Source: an uncultured Methanosarcinales archaeon (lineage in GTDB: Archaea; Nanobdellota; Nanobdellia; Woesearchaeales; GW2011-AR15). From it: a stretch of 64,000 nucleotides of DNA. Under the pieces are notes generated by a model. The model worked only from the letters and a program-made list of their open reading frames with translations, had not been told where the DNA came from and did not search any database. Every line of letters begins with the position of its first letter. The first letter of the stretch is position 1. This document shows, one piece after another, positions 38,740 through 48,614 of the stretch. The DNA is taken from NCBI GenBank assembly GCA_964392465.1, contig CAYMPC010000002.1:14993-78992 (forward strand), read 5' to 3'. The position numbers and the translations under genes were made by a program.

Positions 38740-40959
38740 ATGAAAAAAGAGGAAAAAAAAAGAGTTATGGAAAATAGACAAATAAAAAAGAAAGTAGTAT
38801 TGTCTTTTTTATTGTATATTCTGCTCTTATTGTTTATAGATAAGTGTTATGCCCAAGAATGCAATAATAATAACACACCAGTTATAAAATATTTTTCAAA
38901 ATTTGAACTAAATGAAGGTGAGCCTTTTGAATATAAGTTTGATATACTAAATCAGTTGACAAATGAATTGGGAGAAATAAGCTTTTCATTAATACCTATA
39001 AATGCAACACCAGCGGCTATAAAAAATATAAGTATAGACAAAATATCAGGACTATTAAAATTCAAACCAGCAAATGAAGAAAAAGGAATCCAGACTTTTT
39101 TTGTTATTGCTACAACTTCTCAAGGATGTTATGATATTAAAAAAATAGAATTAATAATTTATGATAAGCCCAAAATATTAAATATCTCTCCTTCAAAAAG
39201 TTATATTGAAGTTGATGAGACAGACTATTTGAGATTTAGTATAAATGCTACTACTTCCTTACCTAATAACAACTTATTAATTGAATGGTATCATAACAAT
39301 AAGAAAGTAAAAACATCATCTAACTTTTTTACTTTATTCACAAATTTTTCAGATAGCGGAAAGCATTATATTGAAGTTGTCGTATCTGATTTAAGAGGTC
39401 TTAATTCGTCTTTTGAATGGGAGATAAATATAAAAAACATAAACAGGCCACCTTATCTAAAATATAACTTCCCAGATTTTGTTCTCACAAACGAAACAAA
39501 AGGAGAGCTATTTAATATTAACAATTATATATATGACCCTGATTTAGATAAATTAAAGTTTGAAGCTTTTTTTGTTGAAGAATTTAATCCAGAAATAATA
39601 AAAAACCAATCTAAAGTATTTGATATCTTCATAGATAAATTTGGTTCTTTTTACATCTCTCCCCAAATTAATATTTATCTTAAAGAGTATGTTAGGATAA
39701 ATGCATCAGATTCTGAGAATTATAGTATTTTAAGCAATCCGTTTATGTTGAAGCTTGCTAGCAGCGAAAATATAACTGTTTTGTTTATAAATTATTCAAA
39801 AAAAGAGGAATGTAAAGTTGAAATTCAATGTAGAGAATGGTCTTTATGTTTGCCTACAAATATAAGAACAAGGGAATGTTTTGATATAAATGATTGTAAT
39901 GGAGAAAACAAATCACTTTTGGAATCAGAAAAATGTGAATATAATGCTACGTGTTTTGATAAGATAAAAAACCAAAACGAAGAAGGAGTTGATTGTGGAG
40001 GGGTATGTGATCCTTGTCCTACATGTGAGGATGAGATTTTAAATCAGGGTGAAGAAGGAGTTGATTGTGGAGGTCCATGTTCTCCTTGTCCAAGTTGTAA
40101 TGATGGCATTTTAAACCAAGATGAGACAGATATTGATTGTGGAGGAAAATGTTCTTTGTGTGATTCTGGGAAAAGTTGTCTTCTTCATAAAGATTGTATA
40201 AGCTTTAATTGCATTAACAGTATTTGTGCTCTTGCAACCTGCGATGATTCTAAAAAAAATCAGGGAGAAGAAAAAGTTGATTGCGGAGGTCCATGTTCTC
40301 TTTGTCCAACATGTAATGACAAAATTCAAAATCAAGGAGAAGAAGGAGTTGATTGCGGAGGTCCATGTAAACCCTGCCCAAGCTGTTTTGATAAAATAAA
40401 AAACCAGGGAGAAACGTTTGTTGATTGCGGAGGTCCATGTAAACAGTGTGGAATCATAAAATTTTTTGGAGATAATAAATTGTATTTGTTTTTGTCAGGA
40501 TTATTTATTATTTTTATTGTCGCAATTGTCTTTGTAAAGTTAGTGTATTTTAGGAATGAGCTAATTTCAATCTCAAATTTATCAAAATTCTTCAAGTTTT
40601 TGCCTGCAACACTCCCTGATAATTATCAAGAGATAATTATAAAGACTATTAATCAATTAAATGAAACAAAACAAAAGGCATATAACTCAGAAGACAAACA
40701 AAAGATAGTTACAGATCTAAATAATATAATCAATTCTTTTTTTAGTCAGTTATTTGAGATTGAAGGCACATTTTCAAAAGGCAGTTTAAAAGCAACAATT
40801 AGGCAGAAAATAAAAAACCCTTTTTTATTGGAGCTTTTTATGAAAGTTTATACTTTCTCACTAAATGTTAATCCAGAAACACCACTTTTCAAAATTGATT
40901 TTATCCAAAAAGTAGATGAGCTGATAAAAATAATAAATCTAATAAGAGAAACTATATGA
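38740..40959 (+). CDS. type-I membrane protein with seven tandem 'NQGEEGVDCGGPCxPCPxC' cysteine-rich repeats
   Basis: Signal peptide, Ig-like region, tandem repeats from nt 39950-40450, C-terminal TM (FLSGLFIIFIVAIVFVKLVYF), cytoplasmic tail. Confidence 0.75.
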   Translation: MKKEEKKRVMENRQIKKKVVLSFLLYILLLLFIDKCYAQECNNNNTPVIKYFSKFELNEGEPFEYKFDILNQLTNELGEISFSLIPINATPAAIKNISIDKISGLLKFKPANEEKGIQTFFVIATTSQGCYDIKKIELIIYDKPKILNISPSKSYIEVDETDYLRFSINATTSLPNNNLLIEWYHNNKKVKTSSNFFTLFTNFSDSGKHYIEVVVSDLRGLNSSFEWEINIKNINRPPYLKYNFPDFVLTNETKGELFNINNYIYDPDLDKLKFEAFFVEEFNPEIIKNQSKVFDIFIDKFGSFYISPQINIYLKEYVRINASDSENYSILSNPFMLKLASSENITVLFINYSKKEECKVEIQCREWSLCLPTNIRTRECFDINDCNGENKSLLESEKCEYNATCFDKIKNQNEEGVDCGGVCDPCPTCEDEILNQGEEGVDCGGPCSPCPSCNDGILNQDETDIDCGGKCSLCDSGKSCLLHKDCISFNCINSICALATCDDSKKNQGEEKVDCGGPCSLCPTCNDKIQNQGEEGVDCGGPCKPCPSCFDKIKNQGETFVDCGGPCKQCGIIKFFGDNKLYLFLSGLFIIFIVAIVFVKLVYFRNELISISNLSKFFKFLPATLPDNYQEIIIKTINQLNETKQKAYNSEDKQKIVTDLNNIINSFFSQLFEIEGTFSKGSLKATIRQKIKNPFLLELFMKVYTFSLNVNPETPLFKIDFIQKVDELIKIINLIRETI
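39950..40450 (+). repeat. intragenic tandem DNA repeat (units of about 75-100 bp) encoding the DCGGPC modules
   Basis: Repeated aatcagggtgaagaaggagttgattgtggaggtccatg-like units. These produce the spurious minus-strand 'MDLRNQ' ORFs in the track. Confidence 0.7.
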
Positions 40960-43900
40960 GCAATAACTTTATTCACAAAAATAGGAAAATATATACAAAA
41001 GTTCTTCTAATTAATTTTATTTTGCTTTTATCTTTTATTATTGTAAAAGGAGAGTTTCTCTACTTGGAAAAAACAGAATTTACAATTGGAGAAACAGTTT
41101 CTATAATTACACAAGGGCCGCTTGAGACAGCATCTCTTGAGATATTGTCTCCTTCTAATATCTATAGATATCTAGGTGTGCCTCAGACAGAATTGAAGTT
41201 TGTTCCAAAGGAAATTGGCAATTATGAAATAAGACTTAGTGATCAAAATGGAATTGTTCTTCAGTCACTTTTTTTTACTGTTTCCGATATAACTTCTGCA
41301 ACTGACTTAAATTTTACCTTAACTGAAAAAGAACAGCCAACTATTTTAATAAAAAACAGCTTTAATCAAGAATTGATTACAGATTATTTGATATATAATC
41401 AATCAGAGGAGATTATTTTTTCATCAGAAACATTGGGAGCATTTGAAACAACAGAAACACTTTCTTCTTTGATATTTTCTCAGCAAAAATATGATCTTGA
41501 ATTGATTATGAATAGAACAAGTGTTAAAAATATGATTTTTTACAATATTACTTTTGATCAAACCTTTGAATTAGGGTTTGAAGAAATGCCTAATGAATCT
41601 GTTTCTAATTATTTTTTGAGCAATGAAAGAATAAGGCGCATTGATAAAGTATATGCAATTGATCCTACTAAGATAAAATTTGATTCTGCTGTAATTACTT
41701 TTATTGCAAGTGGTAATGAGCTCTATAAATGCAAAGACTATAATTTTACCAATAGGACTTGCTACGGAGAGCATGTAAAAATAATGGACATGATTCCCGG
41801 TATGGAATATAATTTTACCTTAACTCCAGAAGACCCTCAATATACAGAGACAACAAGCAATACAGCAGGATGTAGTTGTACAAATACATGCACAACAGGA
41901 ACAGGAGGAGCCTCAAGTTGCACAGCATCATGCAATGATTATTGTGACATCAATTTTACAATACCTTCAGGAGCTATTTCAGGATGGCTTGAGAAAGTTA
42001 GTTATAGTGTTACAGTTACTTTGTCAGGAACAGGAACTTCTGTTAGTGCCCTTCACGAAGGTAGGCTTGATAAAGATGAAATAATTAATAGTGGAAATGA
42101 TGTACAAATAGGAACATCGACAATTTCTACTAAAGCAACCAATAATATTGTTTTTGAAAATATTAATATGCCAGACCCTTATGTCTCAACTTCTTTTGAT
42201 GAGACAAACTGCACTTGGTCAAATGGATATTGTACCTGGAAGCCATTTTTATCTTCTTCTTATACATGTACAGGAAACAGAAGAACTTGCATAACTACAA
42301 TTTCTTTAACTTTGATTAATTACACTTGGAACTATACAGTAGATACTATTAATCCAACAATATCCTTTGGCAATCCTGCCAATAATAGCTTTATCAATAC
42401 AAATTCAAATCTTTTTTTCTACACTCCAAACGATAATCTCGATTTAAAAAATTGTTCTATTTATCTAAATGGAGTTTTAAACCAAACAAACACTACCTTG
42501 ACAAAAGGGGCTGAGACAACATTGTATGTAACAAATATGAACGATGGATATTATTCATGGTATATCTTATGTTATGACACCAATCTTAATTCAAACACAA
42601 GCGGAACAAGATATCTTACAATAGATACAATTGCGCCTTCTGTCTCTTATATATGGCCAACTCCATATAATCAATCTTATTTGCAGGTTAATTATTTAGT
42701 TGTTAATGTAAGTCATATAGAATCAAATCCTGATAAACTAATCTTTAACTGGAATAAAAGCATTACAACTCAACCTTACACAGGTAGCTTTACTAATATA
42801 AGTAAAATAGGTTTATCTGAGGGTTTATACTATTATAATTTAAGTATTAATGATAGCGCCTCTAATACAAATGCAACAGGCACTTATTGGGTTGTTATAG
42901 ATACAATAAATCCGCAAGTCTCTTTAAATGAGCCATTAAATAATAATTGGATAAATTATAACACAAGTATTAGATTTAATTTTACGCCGACAGACACTAA
43001 TATCCAAAATTGCACATTATATGGGAATTTTACAGGGACAGGATTATTTGAAAAAAATGAAACAAATCTCAATCCAGTCTCTGGAATTAAAAACAATTTC
43101 AACACTATAAATATCAAGGACGGAATTTATGTATGGAATGTGTTGTGCTATGATAAATCCGGAAGGAGCGCATGGGCAATTTCAAATTATACATTAAAAG
43201 TTGATGCAAGCATTCCACTAGTAACTTTATTAGAGCCATATAACAATACTTTATGGAATGAATCAAGTACTGTGATGTTCAACTATACTGTAACAGATAG
43301 TTCAAATATAATTAATAATTGTACCTTGGAAGTTAAATCTAATATTACAACTTTGTATTTTGAAGATACAAGTATAGAAACAGTAATAAAACAAAATTTT
43401 ACAGTTGAATTGTCTAACAACAAATTCAATTGGACAATATTATGCACAGATGTAGCTGGAAACACAAACAGTATCTATCCAGGGTATTATAATCTTACTG
43501 TTGCAGTTGGAGAAGACACAGTTGGACCAAATATAGTTTTAGAGAGCCCACAAAATTCTAATTGGACAAATATAAATAACATTACACTTATTTATACACC
43601 TACAGACAATTCTCTTATAAATAATTGCTCTCTCTATGTAAATGATGTCTATAACCAAACAGACATAGAAGTAGAAAATGAAGTTTCTAATTTCTTTGTA
43701 TTGAATAAGACAAAAGAAGGTATATATTCTTGGTATATCAATTGCACTGATAATTCAACAAATAAGAACAACAGAAAATCACAAGACACATGGACTTTTA
43801 TAGTTGATCAAAGCAATCCATCACTATATCTTGTATCCCCTATTAATTTTTTTAATACAACAAATTTGAATATTAATTTTACCTGGCTTTTAATTGACTT

Positions 43901-46900
43901 ATTTTCTCAAAATATGTACTGCGATTTAATTGTTAACAATTCATTAGAGGCATCTTTAAAATTAACACAAAATAACACTTATACAAATCAGACAGCTTAC
44001 TTGACAAACGATGGAGTATATTATTGGAATGTTACATGCAGAGATGAAGCATACAATTATAATGTTTCACAGACAAGAGCTTTTACAATAGATAGTACAA
44101 TCCCTTATATTGATCTTATTCTACCTGAAAACGGAAATACAAGTACAACAGGAGATATTACTTTTTATCATATCCCTAGTGATAATACAAGCGGCTTAAA
44201 TAATTGTATTTTATATCTTAATGGACTTGAAGAAAATTCTTCTTTTGTATTACTTAATAATCAGCAAAACAATTTTACAAAAATAAATTTGGTTTCAGGA
44301 AATTATAATTGGCAGGTTAACTGCACAGATAAACTTGGTAATAAGGGTTATTCAGAAACAAGGACTTTTTCTGTTGATAATATAGCACCAAAAACAAACA
44401 GTTATCAAGCAATACCTACAACAGCAGATCTCTCCCAAAGCGTAAATATCTTTGTAAATGTTACAGATAATTCTGGATTAAACATAGTTATAGCACAGAT
44501 AATGAAACCTAGTGGTGCAACTACTAATTACACAATGACATTATATTCAACAGATATATATAATTTAACTTATATAGATACAACAGAAAGAGGTACTTAT
44601 ACAGTTAATATTTTCTCTAACGATACTTATGGAAATTTGAATATCTCAAAAAATTATTATTTTTATGTAAGCGCAGGAATCTTTGTCAACAAAATATACT
44701 TTGATAGGGGAGAAACAGTATATATAACAGGAGGGGGTTTTGATCCAGGAGATAATATAACACTAAATATAACAGATAAATATGGGATAACTGCACTTAA
44801 TTCTCCAATAAAAGATATTATTGTGAACTCAACAGGCGGATTTGCTACAACATGGAATATAAGTACAGCAAATGGCCAAGCAACAGGAAACTATACAATT
44901 TTAGGTTATGATGTTAATTCTCCAGGACAAGCAGGAACAAATTATGCTTATCTAGTTAGAAGGTTGACAGCAGCAAATCTTGATGATAAAAATACAGCAG
45001 GATTAGTTGTTAATTCTTTAGTAAATGAATCAGATACACAATATTCAACAATAGTTCCTGGAGCAGGAATTGATCTTTTAAATTTCACTTGGGTTAATAT
45101 TGTTCCAGATAATCAAGTTATTTCTGATGTAAGATTTTACATGCAGCATTATGAGACAGCACAATATAATGTATATCTTGAGTGGTATAATTCTTCAAAT
45201 GGAGTATGGACAAGGGTCTGTACTATTCTGACGACGGCAACCGAAAAAATTGATACATGCGATTTAAATGATGAAGTTAAGACTTCTTCTGAAGCAAACT
45301 ATCTTCAATTAAGATTAACTGATAATAATGGTCTTGGAGCATCAACAGGAAACTGGGTTAATTTGAATTTTGCTTATTTAGAAGTAACCTTTACAACCCT
45401 TACTCTTGATAAAGAGAGTTATGTTCAGGGAGAAAAAGTTAATATTTCAGGAAGCAGGTGGCCGGTAAACACAGAACTTACATTAAATATTAGTAAAACA
45501 GATAGCACAACAGATCAACAAACAACAACAACAGATGCAAACGGAAATTTTAATTCAATCTATAATATCAGTTATGGTGCTCCTCTTGGCAGATTCAACA
45601 TAACTGTTTTTGTAACAACAAACCCAGATGATACAGAGGAGACCTATTTCTATGTAGTAAAAAGAAATTCTTCAATTGCAACAGATAAGTTATATTACGG
45701 CAGAGCTGAAACAGTAAATATTACAGGAAGGGGATTTTCTCCTGATGCCAACATTACTATTTTGATTTATGACGCGCAAAATTTTTTGAGATTGAATACA
45801 AGCGTTATTTCTGATAATATACCTAATGGAACCATGGAATACTTATGGTCAATTCCTTATGCTTATAGCGGCTATTATGGAAAACACACTATAATAGTAA
45901 ACGATAAATTATACCCTAACTTAAACGGAACTGCAAATATTACGGTTGGTATACTAACAACAAATTCTACAAAATTAGAAAACTCGATTTTATCTGATGA
46001 AACCTCAAAAGTAAATCAATCAGACAATATAACTGCCAGTCTTGCTGTATATAATGGTGTTGAAGATTATATGAGTTTTAATTTTTTGGACGCAAGCACT
46101 TCAAATTATGTACTCTCGAATTTCACATTCTATATTCAACATAATGAAGTACAAAACTATGATCTTGTTTTAGAATGGTGGAATGATACATCTTGGGTGG
46201 ATGTATGTAGGATAACCTACTCTATAGATAAAAAGATTGATTCTTGCGATTTATTGCCTCTTATTGAAAGAACCCCAAGAACAGCAAATCTCACTTTAAA
46301 GATTACAGACAACCAGAGTAATTTAGGTGTTTCAGGGAATATATGGACATATATAGATTATGTTTATTTAGTGTCCTGGGCAGATCCAGATTTTATAAAC
46401 CCTAAAGTAAATATATACTCTCCTTCAATTGATTCGATATATAATTATAGCCAAAGTGTTCCAATAGTAGTAAATATTTCTGAAAATGTAGAAATAGATA
46501 CAGTTTATGCCTTATTAGAGTGGTCTTCTGGCTCTGAAATTATTCTTTTGACTCCTTTAAATATCAATTACTTCGGAGAGGGAATATATGAAGGATTTTT
46601 TACTAATACAAAACAGCTGGACTATTTTAATGTGACAATATTTGCTAATGATACAACAGGGAATTATAATGACACAGAAAAAACAAATTTCTCAATACAA
46701 TCCCCAGATTTGACATCAAATTCAAGTTACATTTTCTTCTCCAATGAGAACCCTGTTGAAAATGAAAACATTACATTAAATATTACACTCTTTAATAGAG
46801 GTAATTATGTAGCAGGGCAATTTACAGTTAGGTTTTTTGAGGGAGATTATACTTTTGAAAAACAAATAGGAGAAGATATAATAATTTCAAGCCTGAATTC

Positions 46901-47600
46901 TGGTGAAAATATAACTATAGAAACAACATGGCTTTCAAAAGTTGGCACACATATTATACAAATAGTTATTGATCCACCTTTGGAAACAAATGGTAGTGTT
47001 TGGGAGATAAATGAATCAAATAATGTAGTAGAAGGATACATAAATATACCTAGCTGGAATATTTTTTACGGTAACACTTCTGGTTATGTCAAGTTAGAAA
47101 AAGATACAAGTGAAAAGAAATTTTCATGGAATATAACAACAGGAGGCAATATGTATGTTGTAGAGACAGGTACTGAGGTAGATTGGAGTAATCTTCAGGC
47201 ATTGGGGAGAGATATTTTTAATCAGGTTTCTTATAATGATTTCTTTGAGGCCGATGTTGCGCTTCAAATGGAAAATAATACAGATTCTTTAAACAGGACA
47301 TATGTGATTAATAACTTGCCTTTATATATTAATGATATCATAATATATACTAATCAAATAAATAATGTCCCTTTCATCAATTCCACAAATACATCCAACT
47401 TTATGACCGGAATCTTATGGGATAAATCAGAGGGTAACACAGAATATAATGGGACACAAGACTTGATATTTATTACGCAAGTTAATAAGGAGCAGCAAGG
47501 TAAATATGGAATACAAGATTATGAAATCAGAGTGCCTTATACCTTAGACACTTATAAAATGGGCAGCGGCACAGTGACTTTTTACACAGAGATTATTTAA
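40956..47600 (+). CDS. giant surface glycoprotein (2214 aa), paralog of the 25794 protein
   Basis: Homologous N-terminus (IYRY.. / YAIDP.K..F....KCK..NFT...CYGE) and C-terminus (MTGILWDKS.GN..YNG.QDL). W-N-C modules, and one CARDB-like segment (SPDLTSNSSYIFFSNENPVENENITLNITLFNRGNYVAGQFTVRFFEG). Confidence 0.85.
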   Translation: MSNNFIHKNRKIYTKVLLINFILLLSFIIVKGEFLYLEKTEFTIGETVSIITQGPLETASLEILSPSNIYRYLGVPQTELKFVPKEIGNYEIRLSDQNGIVLQSLFFTVSDITSATDLNFTLTEKEQPTILIKNSFNQELITDYLIYNQSEEIIFSSETLGAFETTETLSSLIFSQQKYDLELIMNRTSVKNMIFYNITFDQTFELGFEEMPNESVSNYFLSNERIRRIDKVYAIDPTKIKFDSAVITFIASGNELYKCKDYNFTNRTCYGEHVKIMDMIPGMEYNFTLTPEDPQYTETTSNTAGCSCTNTCTTGTGGASSCTASCNDYCDINFTIPSGAISGWLEKVSYSVTVTLSGTGTSVSALHEGRLDKDEIINSGNDVQIGTSTISTKATNNIVFENINMPDPYVSTSFDETNCTWSNGYCTWKPFLSSSYTCTGNRRTCITTISLTLINYTWNYTVDTINPTISFGNPANNSFINTNSNLFFYTPNDNLDLKNCSIYLNGVLNQTNTTLTKGAETTLYVTNMNDGYYSWYILCYDTNLNSNTSGTRYLTIDTIAPSVSYIWPTPYNQSYLQVNYLVVNVSHIESNPDKLIFNWNKSITTQPYTGSFTNISKIGLSEGLYYYNLSINDSASNTNATGTYWVVIDTINPQVSLNEPLNNNWINYNTSIRFNFTPTDTNIQNCTLYGNFTGTGLFEKNETNLNPVSGIKNNFNTINIKDGIYVWNVLCYDKSGRSAWAISNYTLKVDASIPLVTLLEPYNNTLWNESSTVMFNYTVTDSSNIINNCTLEVKSNITTLYFEDTSIETVIKQNFTVELSNNKFNWTILCTDVAGNTNSIYPGYYNLTVAVGEDTVGPNIVLESPQNSNWTNINNITLIYTPTDNSLINNCSLYVNDVYNQTDIEVENEVSNFFVLNKTKEGIYSWYINCTDNSTNKNNRKSQDTWTFIVDQSNPSLYLVSPINFFNTTNLNINFTWLLIDLFSQNMYCDLIVNNSLEASLKLTQNNTYTNQTAYLTNDGVYYWNVTCRDEAYNYNVSQTRAFTIDSTIPYIDLILPENGNTSTTGDITFYHIPSDNTSGLNNCILYLNGLEENSSFVLLNNQQNNFTKINLVSGNYNWQVNCTDKLGNKGYSETRTFSVDNIAPKTNSYQAIPTTADLSQSVNIFVNVTDNSGLNIVIAQIMKPSGATTNYTMTLYSTDIYNLTYIDTTERGTYTVNIFSNDTYGNLNISKNYYFYVSAGIFVNKIYFDRGETVYITGGGFDPGDNITLNITDKYGITALNSPIKDIIVNSTGGFATTWNISTANGQATGNYTILGYDVNSPGQAGTNYAYLVRRLTAANLDDKNTAGLVVNSLVNESDTQYSTIVPGAGIDLLNFTWVNIVPDNQVISDVRFYMQHYETAQYNVYLEWYNSSNGVWTRVCTILTTATEKIDTCDLNDEVKTSSEANYLQLRLTDNNGLGASTGNWVNLNFAYLEVTFTTLTLDKESYVQGEKVNISGSRWPVNTELTLNISKTDSTTDQQTTTTDANGNFNSIYNISYGAPLGRFNITVFVTTNPDDTEETYFYVVKRNSSIATDKLYYGRAETVNITGRGFSPDANITILIYDAQNFLRLNTSVISDNIPNGTMEYLWSIPYAYSGYYGKHTIIVNDKLYPNLNGTANITVGILTTNSTKLENSILSDETSKVNQSDNITASLAVYNGVEDYMSFNFLDASTSNYVLSNFTFYIQHNEVQNYDLVLEWWNDTSWVDVCRITYSIDKKIDSCDLLPLIERTPRTANLTLKITDNQSNLGVSGNIWTYIDYVYLVSWADPDFINPKVNIYSPSIDSIYNYSQSVPIVVNISENVEIDTVYALLEWSSGSEIILLTPLNINYFGEGIYEGFFTNTKQLDYFNVTIFANDTTGNYNDTEKTNFSIQSPDLTSNSSYIFFSNENPVENENITLNITLFNRGNYVAGQFTVRFFEGDYTFEKQIGEDIIISSLNSGENITIETTWLSKVGTHIIQIVIDPPLETNGSVWEINESNNVVEGYINIPSWNIFYGNTSGYVKLEKDTSEKKFSWNITTGGNMYVVETGTEVDWSNLQALGRDIFNQVSYNDFFEADVALQMENNTDSLNRTYVINNLPLYINDIIIYTNQINNVPFINSTNTSNFMTGILWDKSEGNTEYNGTQDLIFITQVNKEQQGKYGIQDYEIRVPYTLDTYKMGSGTVTFYTEII

Positions 47601-47628
47601 TTTTTAATTATGTTCTCTTTATCTTTCT

Positions 47629-48477
47629 TTATTTTTCTTTATTATTCTTTATTATTCTTTCTTCCCTGATTTTTAATATTAGTAAAATTATTAACAATAA
47701 TAAAAATAAAATACTCACCCACTCAAAAAAGTCTTTTACACCTATAATTTCCTTTATTTTTCTATATTCTTTTACAAATATTATTTTTTCTTTTTTTTGA
47801 TACTCTATAAATGTTTTATTTTCAGTGATATTTATATATTCTATCTTATTATAACAATTAATCACACTTGGCTCAACTATTGTGGCAATTGCCCAGTAAG
47901 TTCTGTCTCTGTTCGGCTTTTGGGTCATATTAGTAATTAAGATTGTTTCTCCAGGTCCAAGCAAAAATTCATAGTTGGTACTGTAAAAATCAGCATCTAA
48001 AACACTTATTTTTTTACTTTCAAGAGCTTCTTTTAATTCTTTTCCTCCATATATCTCATAGGGAAACTTAAGATTATCAATATATGAAAAATTTATTTTA
48101 TATGTGCCCCATTGCTCCTCAATATTAGTTAATTGGAGATTAGGAACAACATTATTTCCCAAGGAAGCAACATTTCCTCCTAATGTGCTGAATTTGTATC
48201 CTCTTGTATCACAAATCTTTTTTTCTACAGGTGTTTTTGTTGTTACTTCCCTTATCAGACTAAAAGGAATCTCTACAAACTCACTTTTCTTAATATTGCA
48301 AGGAATTTCAATAATATCTATCAAAGGATATGTTAAAAGCAGCAAAATGAATACGATGAACAAACCCCTTAACTTATTTCTCTTTTTTTTTAATTTCGTT
48401 TTGCATTTTTCACAAGAAACCTTTTCTATTTCATTCTCAAAATTACAGTTAGGGCAAATTATCTTTTTTTCAACCAC
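47629..48477 (-). CDS. membrane protein with N-terminal cytoplasmic zinc ribbon
   Basis: CPNCNFEN...CEKCKT zinc ribbon, a TM helix, then an extracellular domain of about 220 aa. Confidence 0.55.
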   Translation of the reverse strand: MVEKKIICPNCNFENEIEKVSCEKCKTKLKKKRNKLRGLFIVFILLLLTYPLIDIIEIPCNIKKSEFVEIPFSLIREVTTKTPVEKKICDTRGYKFSTLGGNVASLGNNVVPNLQLTNIEEQWGTYKINFSYIDNLKFPYEIYGGKELKEALESKKISVLDADFYSTNYEFLLGPGETILITNMTQKPNRDRTYWAIATIVEPSVINCYNKIEYINITENKTFIEYQKKEKIIFVKEYRKIKEIIGVKDFFEWVSILFLLLLIILLILKIREERIIKNNKEK

Positions 48478-48614
48478 TAAAAAAAAGTAGCAGTCTTACT
48501 ATAAAAAATTTCTTTTTTCTTGTTCTTTACTTTTAATTTTATAATATTTTTTAGTATAATTAATTCATTAGAAAAATATATATACTTAGAAGATTATTTT
48601 TCTTCATTAAGTAA

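Noticed and set aside
39950-40450. Possible CRISPR array, judged from the direct repeats
   Set aside because: The repeats are contiguous, in-frame, protein-coding and imperfect. There is no spacer structure and no cas genes. The element at 8293-8468 likewise has only two imperfect copies.
40111-40595. Minus-strand ORFs with repeated MDLRNQ and HGPPQST segments
   Set aside because: They are the reverse reading of the tandem DCGGPC DNA repeats.
47600-47700. Short TTCTTTATTA direct repeats after the 2214-aa gene
   Set aside because: This is a simple low-complexity AT-rich intergenic tail, too short and degenerate to call a functional repeat. It may merely contribute T-tract termination.
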